Assembly (NCBI GenBank): GCA_026395055.1
Contig: JAPLZK010000003.1
Coordinates: 35,855-99,854, forward strand
DNA from: Candidatus Uhrbacteria bacterium
GTDB lineage: Bacteria; Patescibacteriota; Patescibacteriia; UBA9934; GWF2-40-263
Reading direction: 5' to 3'
DNA: 64,000 nucleotides
A program made the position numbers and the translations under genes. A model generated the notes under the pieces. That model saw only the letters and a program-made list of their open reading frames with translations. It was not told the DNA's origin and did no database searches. Positions 12,458 through 22,462 of the stretch are shown piece by piece. Each line of letters starts with the position of its first letter. The first letter of the stretch is position 1.

Positions 12458-12826
12458 TTACAGTGCTTGCACTCCTTGCGGCTCACGACGGTAAAGATCA
12501 ATGACCAGGCTTGCGGCCCGATTCTTGTTCCAGGATTCATGGCTGCATCCTGCAGCCATTTGTGCTGTACGCGTTTCGCTTCGGCTCGACATCGCGATCA
12601 TGTGACCGTTGTAGAGTTTTCGCATGAGTTCGATGAGGTGACAGGTGTCTGTCGGGCCATCGAGCCAGCCATCGACAAGGACGGCAAAGAAATTGGCATC
12701 TGCTTTGACTGCTGTGAGCGCTTCTCCTTGCGTCCGCGCGGCCACAACCATGAAGCCATGATGTTCGAGTCGGTCTTGGAGCGCCAAGAGGGGAACTTCT
12801 TCATCTTCGATGACGAGAACTCGCAC
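12458..12826 (-). CDS. Stand-alone response-regulator receiver
   Basis: VLVIEDE, VLVD, IAMSS; AAAGGAGG SD; promoter TTGACA-17-TATCTT at 12900-12872. Confidence 0.8.
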   Translation of the reverse strand: MRVLVIEDEEVPLLALQDRLEHHGFMVVAARTQGEALTAVKADANFFAVLVDGWLDGPTDTCHLIELMRKLYNGHMIAMSSRSETRTAQMAAGCSHESWNKNRAASLVIDLYRREPQGVQAL

Positions 12827-12961
12827 GAGGAACCTCCTTTTTTGGGTATCAGATACAAAACCTGACGCTGAAAGATATCACAAAATGACCATTTTGTCAA
12901 TGAATCGTGCAGAATAATTGAGTTGGTGGTACTATTTAGGCAATTAATCATTACAATTTGT

Positions 12962-13339
12962 ATGCCCGAATCTCCCAAAATCATTTTGATTGTCGAAGAT
13001 GAGTCTTCGCTTTTACTTGTTTTACACGATCGACTGCAAGAGGACGGATTTAAGATTTTACAAGCAAAAAATGGAGCAGAGGCTCTCGCGCTCTCGCTTG
13101 CAGAGCATCCAGATCTTATTTTGCTTGATCTGCTTATGCCCGTTATGGACGGTATTTCCATGTTAAAGGTGTTGCGTGAAGATGCATGGGGAAAAAATGC
13201 AAAGATCATGGTTCTTACAAATTTGGGAGGAGAAGAAAAATTGGAAGAAGCGAAAGCACTTGGGGTGACAGATTATCTTATTAAAGCAGACTGGAAAATT
13301 GAAGAGGTCGTACAAAAAATCAAAAATAAAATCACCTAA
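12962..13339 (+). CDS. CheY-like receiver protein
   Basis: ILIVEDE, PDLILLDLLMPVMDG, VLTN, YLIK. Confidence 0.92.
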   Translation: MPESPKIILIVEDESSLLLVLHDRLQEDGFKILQAKNGAEALALSLAEHPDLILLDLLMPVMDGISMLKVLREDAWGKNAKIMVLTNLGGEEKLEEAKALGVTDYLIKADWKIEEVVQKIKNKIT

Positions 13340-13372
13340 CAAAAAACATCGGGCCAAGCCCGATGTTTTTTG

Positions 13373-13945
13373 CTACCAAATAAATGGAATCAGTTTTTTG
13401 GAGTTCTTTTTGTATGCGGCATATTCTGAGGGGAACTGACGTGTCATGAGTGATTCTTCTTTTTGCATGCGTATAAGAAAGCCGATAAAGATCATGAGCG
13501 TTGCAAGATAACTCGACATTGTACCGATCGTCAGCGCAGTTCCAAGTGTCGCAAGGAAGTAGCCTGTATAAATTGGATGACGAACAAACTGATATGGTCC
13601 TGAGGTTATAAGTTTGTGATCTTCTTTGAGGGTGATGACAGCTCCAGACCAGTTTTTTCCAAGCGTGAGGCGTGCCCAAATGGCAAACGCAACAGCGCTT
13701 ATTGATAAAAGGACGCCAATGATTCCGAGCCATGTTGAGGTGGAGGTGATTTGTGCACCAAGGATTCCTTGAGGGAATGGATAAAAAAGAAAGAAGGGGG
13801 AGCCAAATAATAAAACGTTTGCAACAATTTGTGCAAGCGGGTTTGGAAGCCTGGTTGTTTTCTTGTTTCCAAATCCGAAATAGAACCAGACAGAACCCAT
13901 GATGAACCAACAGAGAATCGAAAGGGAAGTATAAATGGAGTACAT
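13373..13945 (-). CDS. Isoprenylcysteine carboxyl methyltransferase family membrane protein
   Basis: LGKNWS, LITSGPYQFVRHPIYTG, EE..M...F..EY..Y. Confidence 0.88.
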   Translation of the reverse strand: MYSIYTSLSILCWFIMGSVWFYFGFGNKKTTRLPNPLAQIVANVLLFGSPFFLFYPFPQGILGAQITSTSTWLGIIGVLLSISAVAFAIWARLTLGKNWSGAVITLKEDHKLITSGPYQFVRHPIYTGYFLATLGTALTIGTMSSYLATLMIFIGFLIRMQKEESLMTRQFPSEYAAYKKNSKKLIPFIW

Positions 13946-13964
13946 AGGTTATAATTATAACACT

Positions 13965-14276
13965 ATGAATGATTCAGAGATATCTTTTTCGGAACGTGTT
14001 TATACGATTGTTGCGCAAATCCCGTGTGGAAAGGTTGCTACATACGGTGATATTGCTAAACGATCAGGGAATGTAAAAGCCGCACGGGCCGTTGGAATGT
14101 GCATGAATAAAAATCGCGATACATATCGAGTTCCTTGTCATCGGGTTGTCGCCTCAACAGGTGAACTGACAGGATACGCGTTCGGAGGGGTTGAGGCAAA
14201 GAGGAAGAAGCTTCTCGAAGAAGGAATTGTGTTTGTTGGGGATCGAGTGGATCTTAAAAAATCGGAGTGGAAATAA
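13965..14276 (+). CDS. MGMT-family O6-alkylguanine DNA-binding/alkyltransferase protein
   Basis: IP.GKVATYGDIA, ARAVG, PCHRV. Confidence 0.9.
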   Translation: MNDSEISFSERVYTIVAQIPCGKVATYGDIAKRSGNVKAARAVGMCMNKNRDTYRVPCHRVVASTGELTGYAFGGVEAKRKKLLEEGIVFVGDRVDLKKSEWK

Positions 14277-14303
14277 AAAATCGACGAGAGAATCGTCGAC
14301 GAG

Positions 14304-14651
14304 TCATTGTCCTGGAAGCCGTGCCCCGTTTTTCTTTGCCCATTCAGCAAGCCGTCTCCAGATTTCCGGATCACCATCAGAGCTTTCCCACCCGGTTGCA
14401 ACAGGATTATGCGTTGATTTCGGCATGGTCACCGCACGGCGAAAGTGTTCCGGCATGCTGCAGTCAAGGTTGTCCTTATGGTCGGACAACCAGAATTCTT
14501 TGCCCCACGCCGTCAGTTTGAGTCCTCGCACGGCGACGGCATGAACAGTGAATCGTGTCCCTGCAGGGAACGTGATATCACCAACGTGTAGTTCGCGTAG
14601 ATTCTCGAGTTCGTCAAAGATGGTTACGTCGAGAGAATTGTTCCATCTCAT
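14304..14651 (-). CDS. Hypothetical protein
   Basis: ATGA overlap with the upstream minus-strand ORF. Confidence 0.55.
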   Translation of the reverse strand: MRWNNSLDVTIFDELENLRELHVGDITFPAGTRFTVHAVAVRGLKLTAWGKEFWLSDHKDNLDCSMPEHFRRAVTMPKSTHNPVATGWESSDGDPEIWRRLAEWAKKNGARLPGQ

Positions 14652-15406
14652 GTTTTGGCCTCACTTGCCTGTTCCTGTTTCGACGGAACCCACGTCAGTT
14701 CGACGACGACGGGTTTATCTTCTTGCTCGAGAGGAGTTTGAAAATTGATAAGGAACAGTTCTTCAGTAGCGGAGAAACCCATTGTCTGGAAGTCTTCTAG
14801 AAAAGTGAAGTAAGCACCTTCTCTAAAAAAGATTTTTCCTTTGATAGGCTCTTCAACTTCAATGGGGATGTTTGCCATGAGTTTCAATTGATGCATCATT
14901 GGCAAAAAAAGTTCGAATGGTGGGCACATCATTAAATACCAATCGTCACCAAGAAGATAGGAGACGCTGAATTGAAGGTGGTGTGGATTTCCCTCAAAGA
15001 GATCATCAATGTCCGGCAGAGATTCAATGTGTTCCAGACTCGTGGTTGTGTGGTGCTCGGTCTGTTCCGGTGACACCCATTCGCTGAGTGTGAGCCGGAT
15101 TTTGGTTCCGTTACGACGTAACAGATCACGAAACAGCAGATCTGTCAGGCGTTTGATTGGAGAGTGATGGTTTCCTGATTCAACCTCCGCGAGTGATGGG
15201 GCATGAAAGGACATACGAAATAATCTTTGAAAGAAAAAGTAAATCTGTTCTTTCCAGGAAAATTGACGTACGCCTTCTACAAAGAGTGTTTTAAAACATT
15301 CTTTGCAAAAACCTTCTGTTGAAACGGCGGAGAATAGAAGAAACGATTCTCGTTCGTTTTGACAATGATTACAAAGAATCATTTTTGAAATAGTTCCCTG
15401 TGTCAT
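14648..15406 (-). CDS. Hypothetical protein with N-terminal Cys motifs and a PilB/GspE N2-like segment
   Basis: GGAGGTG SD; CxxC...CxxC; IKRLTDLLF and LKLMANIPI...P..G.I. Confidence 0.55.
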   Translation of the reverse strand: MTQGTISKMILCNHCQNERESFLLFSAVSTEGFCKECFKTLFVEGVRQFSWKEQIYFFFQRLFRMSFHAPSLAEVESGNHHSPIKRLTDLLFRDLLRRNGTKIRLTLSEWVSPEQTEHHTTTSLEHIESLPDIDDLFEGNPHHLQFSVSYLLGDDWYLMMCPPFELFLPMMHQLKLMANIPIEVEEPIKGKIFFREGAYFTFLEDFQTMGFSATEELFLINFQTPLEQEDKPVVVELTWVPSKQEQASEAKT

Positions 15407-15473
15407 GTTGTCACCTCCAAACGGATCTTAGCAAGGAATTGGAGAAAGTCCAATATCCGATCGAATGCCAGAT

Positions 15474-15506
15474 AAAAACACCGAACGAAATTGTTCGGTG
15501 TTTTTA
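15474..15506. terminator. Bidirectional intrinsic terminator downstream of tRNA-Ser
   Basis: AAAAACACCGAAC-GAAATT-GTTCGGTGTTTTT. Confidence 0.7.
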
Positions 15507-15508
15507 TC

Positions 15509-15597
15509 TGGCGGAGAGGAGAGGATTCGAACCTCCGATACCTTGCGGTATACGGTCTTTCCAGGACCGCGCACTAGACCAACTATGCGACCTCTCC
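15509..15597 (-). tRNA. tRNA-Ser(GGA)
   Basis: GGAGAGG acceptor stem, CGGTC-CT-GGA-AA-GACCG anticodon arm, long variable arm, GTTCGAATC, encoded CCA. Confidence 0.96.
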
Positions 15598-15658
15598 ATG
15601 ACTGGCAGAAATATACCTGATGCGCTAAAATTGATCAAGAATAAACTCATCTATTGAT

Positions 15659-16390
15659 ATGGACTCAAACAAAACCGGCGTCATTGTAGGAAGCTTTGTT
15701 CTTGCTCTCGGGCTCATCGCCGCATCCTATATTGCGTCATCAACCGTGATGCAAGCAAAAGCCTTGCAGGATGCAACCATTACCATGACCGGATCCGCGA
15801 AGGCAACGGTGCATTCAGATCTTGTAAAATGGACGGGAAGTTTTTCGCGCACGGTAAATATTGATCAAGTGAAAGATGGGTATACACAAATGAAAACAGA
15901 TCAGACAAATCTGGAAGCATTTTTGACGAAGAACGGAATGGCGGCAACAGATTATAAAATTTCGCCCGTCTTCATGAGTCAGGTGTATAAGCAGTACGAC
16001 ACTTCGCCTATTCAATATACGCTTTCACAAAATCTTGAGCTGAGCGGAACAGACCTCACAAAAGTTGAAGCACTTCCAAAACATCTTCAAGATTTAATCA
16101 ATCTTGGTATTTTGTTTTCTTCAAACAACCTCGAGTACTACTATACGAAACTTCCTGACCAACGCGTCGCGCTTCTCTCGGATGCGGTCGGAGATGCAAA
16201 AACACGTGCAGAACAGATCGCAAAGAGTTCTGGATTACATGTTGGTGCCATTCGATCAGCAAGTATGGGCGTTGTTCAGGTACTGCCTCCAAACTCAACA
16301 GATGTTTCTGACTATGGTTCTTATGATACGTCGAGCGTAGACAAAGATATTATGGTTACGGTCAAAACCGTTTTCAATTTAGAAAAATAA
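15659..16390 (+). CDS. SIMPL (DUF541) domain protein
   Basis: N-terminal TM, TG.A....SD, A..DAK.RAEQIA...G..VG.I. Confidence 0.85.
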   Translation: MDSNKTGVIVGSFVLALGLIAASYIASSTVMQAKALQDATITMTGSAKATVHSDLVKWTGSFSRTVNIDQVKDGYTQMKTDQTNLEAFLTKNGMAATDYKISPVFMSQVYKQYDTSPIQYTLSQNLELSGTDLTKVEALPKHLQDLINLGILFSSNNLEYYYTKLPDQRVALLSDAVGDAKTRAEQIAKSSGLHVGAIRSASMGVVQVLPPNSTDVSDYGSYDTSSVDKDIMVTVKTVFNLEK

Positions 16391-16391
16391 T

Positions 16392-17981
16392 ATGAAATGG
16401 AAGTTGCCACTTGGAATGGTCGTTGTTCTCGCGCTCGGTGCTGGTGGATATTACGTGTATCAAAATCAACAACCAAAAGATGTTACGATGGTCGTTCATC
16501 CATCTGAATTTATTCAGCAGGTTTCGATTTCTGGAAAAGTTATTCCAACAGAACAATTGGATCTTTCCTTTGAACAAAGTGGTCGTATCAAAAATGTTTC
16601 TGCAAAATTGAGTGATGTTGTTTCGGCAAATCAACTCCTTGCAAGTCAGGACACTTCACAACTCGATGCGCAGCTCCAGGGCATTCAAGCAAACATTGAT
16701 TTGCAAAAAGCAAAGTTGAATCAATTTTTATCTGGTGTTTCTTCTGAAGACCTTGCGCTCGCACAAACATCTGTCACAAATGCAGAAACAGCCGTTTCAA
16801 ACGCAAATGACTCTTTGCAAAATGCGGAACAGGGGTTGGTAGACGTCATTCAAAGTGCGTACACAAAATCCGATGACGCCGTTTCAAATAAAGCAGATCA
16901 GTTTTTTTCCAATCCAAGATCCGCGAACCCATCGGTAAATCTGAGCAACATTGGTTCTATTGCCGCTGATCTTAATACAGAACGTCTTTCTATAGGAACT
17001 CTATTACATGCATGGAATAGTTCTGTGAGTGATTTGACGGTGGACGGTGATTTATTTGCACGCACCGCAGAAGCAAAGCGAAACCTGAATCAGATGCAGG
17101 GCTTTTTTGAAAATCTTTCAACGGCCGTGAATAATCCAAATGTCTGTCTTGTGACAACAAGTTCGTCCTGCGTTACGGTATCTGCTTCGGCAAAATCTGA
17201 TGTTTCTACTGCTCGCACAACGTTAAGTTCTGCGATGAGTGCTGTCACGGCAGCAGAAGGTGTGTTAAATACAGCAAAGTCGTCTTTGAAAACGGCACAA
17301 GGAAATTTAAAAATCGCCAAAGATCAACTCACCATTAAGCAAGCTCCTCCTCGTACATCAGATATTTCTGTGTATCAAGCACAGGTAAAACAGGCGGAAG
17401 TAAGCAAAGCAGATTTGATTGCACAATTAAACAAAAAACAAATTCATGCTCCCATTCCAGGCGTAATCACAAATATGGAGGCAAAGGTAGGAAAAATTGC
17501 AGGAGCAAACCAACCTGTTATTTCCATGATCAGTTCTGACGCGCTGGAAATTGAAAGCTATGTTCCGGAAAAGAATTTGCCCTTCGTTAAAATTGGAGAT
17601 GTTGCAAATGTAACATTGGATGCGTATGGAGAAGATGTTGTGTTTGTCACAAAAGTTTTGTCTATCGATCCAGCAGAAACCGTTAAGGATGGTGTGACCA
17701 CGTATCGTATCGTCTTGCAATTTGTGACACAAGATTCTCGCGTGAAACCTGGAATGACCGCGAACGTCATTGTGAATACAGAAAAGAAATCAAATGTCAT
17801 TTCTGTCCCTCAAGGAATTATTCAGTATGACAAGGGAAATAAAGTTGTGCAGGTCAAAGAGGGAAACTCCATTCATTATCGAACGGTACAAACGGGAAGT
17901 ATTTCTACCGTAGGTTCCATTGAGATCACGTCGGGGTTGAATGACGGAGACGTTGTTGTCTTGAAACAGGCGGGAAAATAA
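16392..17981 (+). CDS. MacA-like periplasmic adaptor with long coiled coil
   Basis: Membrane anchor, lipoyl halves, IHAPIPGVI, KPGMTANV, GLNDGD. Confidence 0.88.
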   Translation: MKWKLPLGMVVVLALGAGGYYVYQNQQPKDVTMVVHPSEFIQQVSISGKVIPTEQLDLSFEQSGRIKNVSAKLSDVVSANQLLASQDTSQLDAQLQGIQANIDLQKAKLNQFLSGVSSEDLALAQTSVTNAETAVSNANDSLQNAEQGLVDVIQSAYTKSDDAVSNKADQFFSNPRSANPSVNLSNIGSIAADLNTERLSIGTLLHAWNSSVSDLTVDGDLFARTAEAKRNLNQMQGFFENLSTAVNNPNVCLVTTSSSCVTVSASAKSDVSTARTTLSSAMSAVTAAEGVLNTAKSSLKTAQGNLKIAKDQLTIKQAPPRTSDISVYQAQVKQAEVSKADLIAQLNKKQIHAPIPGVITNMEAKVGKIAGANQPVISMISSDALEIESYVPEKNLPFVKIGDVANVTLDAYGEDVVFVTKVLSIDPAETVKDGVTTYRIVLQFVTQDSRVKPGMTANVIVNTEKKSNVISVPQGIIQYDKGNKVVQVKEGNSIHYRTVQTGSISTVGSIEITSGLNDGDVVVLKQAGK

Positions 17982-17982
17982 T

Positions 17983-19236
17983 ATGGTGAACTTGCTTGAT
18001 ATTCAGATTGGTTTCTTTTTGGCGAAGCGTCAAATCATGCGCGCGAGTCTGTGGACCACGGGTCTCATTGTGTTCGTGATGATCCTTACGTTTCTGAACT
18101 TGGTTGTTGTGAGCGGAATTCTTGTTGGGTTGATTCAAGGTTCCGTGAATCAACACCACGATCAATATACAGGAGACGTCATCATTTCATCGCTTACGGA
18201 TAAAAAATATATTGAAAATAGTCCGGGGGTGATTTCCATGATCCAAGCAATTCCAGAGGTAGATAGATATTCCGCGCGCTACAGAAGTGGGGGAACGTTA
18301 GAAGCGAATTACAAATTGAAAAAAGAAACAGATCAGCCAAATACGGCCGGCGCACAAATCGTTGGCATTGATCCCGCAAAAGAAGATGCCCTTACGGGGT
18401 TATCAAGTAAAGTCATTGAAGGGGAATATCTTTTACCTTCCGATTTCGATAAGGTTTTGATCGGTTCGTATTTGCTTAAACGATTTGTCCCCGTTGATAA
18501 CCCAGGGTTTGCTGCATTGAAAGATGTGTATCCCGGAACGGTTATTCGTTTGAGTGTAAATGGGATTACACGTGAAGTAACCGTGAAAGGTGTGATCAAA
18601 AGTAAAGTTGGTGACGTTGGTCAAAGTCTCTACATGGTTGATTCTCAGTTGCGAAGTTTAATTGGAAGAAATGATGGCAACGTGGCAGAAATTGCGATGA
18701 AGGTAAAACCAGGAGTGAATCCATCGGATGTGCGTGATGCGCTTATTCGAAATGGGGCAGATCGTCTTGGAAAAGTTCAGACGTTTGAAGATGCACAGCC
18801 AAAGTTTTTGAAAGACATGATTCAAACGTTCTCAACGCTTGGCGCCATGTTGAGTTCTATCGGTCTTGTTGTTGCGGCGATTACGATTTTCATCGTGATC
18901 TTTATCAACGCAGTGACACGCAGAAAATACATTGGAATTTTAAAAGGAATTGGGATTCATGGACACGTGATTGAAATCTCTTATATTTTTCAATCCATCT
19001 TTTACGCCGTATGCGGATCGGCGATCGGATTGATCATCGTTTATATTTTACTTGTTCCCATTTTTGCCGTGCACCCAATTGATTTTCCGTTTAGCGATGG
19101 AATCCTTGTGGCTCCCCTAGGTGAAACGTTTTTCCGTGTTGGATTGCTTGTCCTCTCGACACTCATTGCTGGATACATTCCGGCTCGTATGATCGTGCGC
19201 AAAAATACCCTTGATTCCATTTTGGGAAGAAATTAA
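17983..19236 (+). CDS. MacB/FtsX-like ABC permease
   Basis: TM, large extracytoplasmic domain, three TMs; RRKYIGILKGIG, YIPAR. Confidence 0.88.
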   Translation: MVNLLDIQIGFFLAKRQIMRASLWTTGLIVFVMILTFLNLVVVSGILVGLIQGSVNQHHDQYTGDVIISSLTDKKYIENSPGVISMIQAIPEVDRYSARYRSGGTLEANYKLKKETDQPNTAGAQIVGIDPAKEDALTGLSSKVIEGEYLLPSDFDKVLIGSYLLKRFVPVDNPGFAALKDVYPGTVIRLSVNGITREVTVKGVIKSKVGDVGQSLYMVDSQLRSLIGRNDGNVAEIAMKVKPGVNPSDVRDALIRNGADRLGKVQTFEDAQPKFLKDMIQTFSTLGAMLSSIGLVVAAITIFIVIFINAVTRRKYIGILKGIGIHGHVIEISYIFQSIFYAVCGSAIGLIIVYILLVPIFAVHPIDFPFSDGILVAPLGETFFRVGLLVLSTLIAGYIPARMIVRKNTLDSILGRN

Positions 19237-19240
19237 TTTT

Positions 19241-19918
19241 ATGATCGAAGTCAAACAACTCAAACGATCATTCAAAGATGGAGATCGTCAAATTGACGTG
19301 TTGAAGGGAATTGATTTTCGGGCAGAGACCGGAGAGTTTATTTCGATTATGGGAAGATCTGGTGCGGGAAAGAGTACGCTTTTGTATCAGATGAGTTTGC
19401 TTGATTATCCAACGAGCGGGGAAATCATCATTGATGATGTGGCAACAGAAAATCTTCATGCAGATGCACGTACAAATTTTCGCCTCACACACTTTGGATA
19501 TGTGTTTCAAGATTACGCCCTCCTTCCAGAACTGACAGCGATTGATAATGTTGTTTTGCCGCTTCTTATGCAAGGGGTCGAAAAGAAGAAAGCGTACGAG
19601 CGGGCGACTGAGACACTAACGATTGTTGGACTCGGACATCGATTGGAAAATATTCCAAGCAAAATGTCTGGGGGAGAACAGCAGCGTGTCAGTATTGCAC
19701 GCGGCATTGTGCATCACCCAAAGATTTTGTTCGCAGATGAACCTACAGCAAACTTGGATAACGAATCGTCGGCGACGGTCATGAAACTGTTTCAACAACT
19801 CAACAAAGAAGGTCAGACCATTATTATGGTTACACATGAACCGGAATATGCGAAATTGGCAGATAGGATTGTGAAGATTGATGATGGAAGAATTTTATCG
19901 ATACAGAAAAATCATTAA
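19241..19918 (+). CDS. MacB/LolD-type ABC ATP-binding protein
   Basis: GRSGAGKST, MSGGEQQRV, ADEPT.NLD, VTH. Confidence 0.95.
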   Translation: MIEVKQLKRSFKDGDRQIDVLKGIDFRAETGEFISIMGRSGAGKSTLLYQMSLLDYPTSGEIIIDDVATENLHADARTNFRLTHFGYVFQDYALLPELTAIDNVVLPLLMQGVEKKKAYERATETLTIVGLGHRLENIPSKMSGGEQQRVSIARGIVHHPKILFADEPTANLDNESSATVMKLFQQLNKEGQTIIMVTHEPEYAKLADRIVKIDDGRILSIQKNH

Positions 19919-20008
19919 ACTCTCATCGGGGAGTTTTTTGTGTATAAATATGCATTGGCAAGACGGAGACAAAAGAATATCATGATGGAGTACTTTATAT
20001 TTTTTCGT

Positions 20009-21676
20009 ATGAAATCTTTTTTTTCGCACATTCGGTTCAATTGGAAATCCGGGTTAACGGTTTCGCTCGTTGCGATTCCGCTTTCTATCTCACTCGCTGT
20101 TGCGGCGGGGGCGACACCAACACAAGGAATTATTACGGCCATGTGGGCCGGTGTGATCGCGGGGCTTTTTGGTGGAAGCAATTTTAATATCATGGGGCCT
20201 ACAGGTGCGTTGTCTGGGGTGTTGGCAACATTCGTCTTCATGAATGGAATCGGGAGCTTGCCCATATTGTCTATAATCGTGGGTGTTGTCATCTTGCTTG
20301 CGTGGGCATTGCATTTTGAACGGTATCTTATTTACATCCCTGCAAATACCATCCAAGGATTCACCATTGGTGTTGCGTTCACCATCGCATTCAATCAATT
20401 CAATTTCGCCTTTGGGTTATCCGGGTTGCCAAAGCATGAGACCTTTCTTGCAAACCTTCTTGAGTCATTTAAACATATCAGTTCTGCTTCGTGGCAAGCT
20501 TCCCTCGTCTTTTTTAGTTTCTTTTGCCTTTTGTTTATCGTGGATTTTCTGTGGAAAAAGATGAAATCCGTTCCATACATTCCAGCAGCGGCTTTGCTTG
20601 CTCCGTTTGGTATTTTGCTTGGCTATTTATCGCAAACACATCAAATTCCGCTTACGGTTCAAACGCTTGGAATGCGTTTTACGGATTTATCGCCAAGATT
20701 TTTTCTCCCATTTTCTTTTCGTGTTGATTGGAATCTTTCTTTTTTGTCGACGGTTCTCACAATCGCTCTTATTGCGATTATCGAAACCATGTTATCGGCA
20801 AAGATTGCGGACGGCATGACAAAAACCAAGCACAACAAACGAAAAGAAATGTTCGGACTTGGACTCGCAAATATTGTTTCAGGGTTCGCTGGAGGAATTC
20901 CCGCGACCGCTGCATTAGCACGTACATCCTTGAACATCAAAAGTGGAGCGACGCATAAAACGTCCGCGGTCATGAGTGCTATGTTTGTGGCGATCATTTC
21001 ATTATTCCTGCTTCCATACTTTTCCTACATCCCACTTCCGGTCGTCGCGGCCATCCTTGTTGTTGTCGCGGTTCGCATGGTTGAGCGCGAACATTTGAAA
21101 CGCATGTTCAAGATTGATCGCAAAAGTTTTTACATTGCCATGATTGTTGCGGTCGTGACTGTTTGGATCGATCCAATGATCGGAATCTTGGTTGGAGCAT
21201 CCGTATCGCTCGTGATCTTTCTTGACACACTTTCGCATGGACAATTTGAACTAACGGCAAATGATAAAAATAAAAAGATTGTCGGTACCGTCTCGGGAGA
21301 CACCATGAAGAAACTTTCAAAGAAGACCCATACACTCATTTATTCGATCAAAGGTCATTTGACGTACGTCGATAGTCAAGCACATATCGCACGCTTTGAA
21401 TCAGATCTGACCGGGTATGAGCATGTTATTTTGCGCTTGCGTGAACTGTATTTTGTGGATTTGGATGGACTCGATGCCTTTGATGAAATTGTGAACCTTA
21501 TTCAAGCCAAAGGAAAACAGGTCTATATCAGCGGAACCAATCCACTCATTATCTCCATGATGCGTGAAAGTCACGTGTTTAAAAAATTACAAAAATGTGA
21601 TGTTGTTTACGCACACACCTCAGACGCGCTCCGAGAGTTAGGATTCCATTCGGGTGTGAAGCATGAGTATTGTTAG
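20009..21676 (+). CDS. SulP family anion permease with STAS domain
   Basis: SGLTVSLVAIPLS, GPTGA, ALART..N..SG, C-terminal STAS. Confidence 0.92.
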   Translation: MKSFFSHIRFNWKSGLTVSLVAIPLSISLAVAAGATPTQGIITAMWAGVIAGLFGGSNFNIMGPTGALSGVLATFVFMNGIGSLPILSIIVGVVILLAWALHFERYLIYIPANTIQGFTIGVAFTIAFNQFNFAFGLSGLPKHETFLANLLESFKHISSASWQASLVFFSFFCLLFIVDFLWKKMKSVPYIPAAALLAPFGILLGYLSQTHQIPLTVQTLGMRFTDLSPRFFLPFSFRVDWNLSFLSTVLTIALIAIIETMLSAKIADGMTKTKHNKRKEMFGLGLANIVSGFAGGIPATAALARTSLNIKSGATHKTSAVMSAMFVAIISLFLLPYFSYIPLPVVAAILVVVAVRMVEREHLKRMFKIDRKSFYIAMIVAVVTVWIDPMIGILVGASVSLVIFLDTLSHGQFELTANDKNKKIVGTVSGDTMKKLSKKTHTLIYSIKGHLTYVDSQAHIARFESDLTGYEHVILRLRELYFVDLDGLDAFDEIVNLIQAKGKQVYISGTNPLIISMMRESHVFKKLQKCDVVYAHTSDALRELGFHSGVKHEYC

Positions 21677-21815
21677 GTGTTTTATAAACGTGTTTGTTTG
21701 CGGATTCGAGAAAAAATGGAGAGTTAGCTTGACCGATTTCAAAAATTCTTTATAGTTGAGCGGAATCCTAACAAGGTGTTTGGGTTCCAGTGTCCGTGAC
21801 TTGTAGGGGGATCTC

Positions 21816-22397
21816 ATGTTTCGACGTACATTTCAGCGTTTGAAAATGGTTTTTGGGAACCATCATTTCTCCATTCCAATTTTCGCAGCCTTTGTCATTG
21901 GGGCCCTGTACTGCTTCTCGTATGGGATTCAGTGCCTCCTGGTAGATGCGCCTGTTCGCACGATTCATCTTGAGGTGCCTGCGGATGCGGAAGTGCGCGC
22001 GGAAACGTCTGTCGCTTCAAACGCGTTCCAGATCAATGTTGAGGCTGCTGAGTGGCAGACGTTGTACAAGAATCGGCAAGAAGGTTCGCATCCCATTGTC
22101 GTCGTTCGGCACAACGGGATTGAGTCTTGGCTTCCGCGTTGGGGCGGCATCTTGCATCATTCGCTCGTTGAGAAACCCATTTTTGCCACGGCTCATGTTC
22201 AATCCTTTTGGCTTGTAGGTGCCGTTGAAAGGGTTTCGGATCATGAGTATCTCGTGACAGCATCCAAAGAGTGGGGGATCTTTGCATGCTCTGTCGTTGG
22301 CGTAATTCTCTTCGGACTGATCTCGTTCCTTATTTTCGCGGAGGAAAGTTACAGTTGGTCCCACACCTGGAATCGCAGTCTTCATCACGCTACTTAG
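21816..22397 (+). CDS. Hypothetical two-TM membrane protein
   Basis: AGGGGG SD, two hydrophobic segments, terminator after the stop. Confidence 0.6.
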   Translation: MFRRTFQRLKMVFGNHHFSIPIFAAFVIGALYCFSYGIQCLLVDAPVRTIHLEVPADAEVRAETSVASNAFQINVEAAEWQTLYKNRQEGSHPIVVVRHNGIESWLPRWGGILHHSLVEKPIFATAHVQSFWLVGAVERVSDHEYLVTASKEWGIFACSVVGVILFGLISFLIFAEESYSWSHTWNRSLHHAT

Positions 22398-22462
22398 CAG
22401 ATCCTCAAGGTCTGCTTTTTTGTTTGCGGATTCAAGGAAAATCCGATAAGCTTCAACTAATT

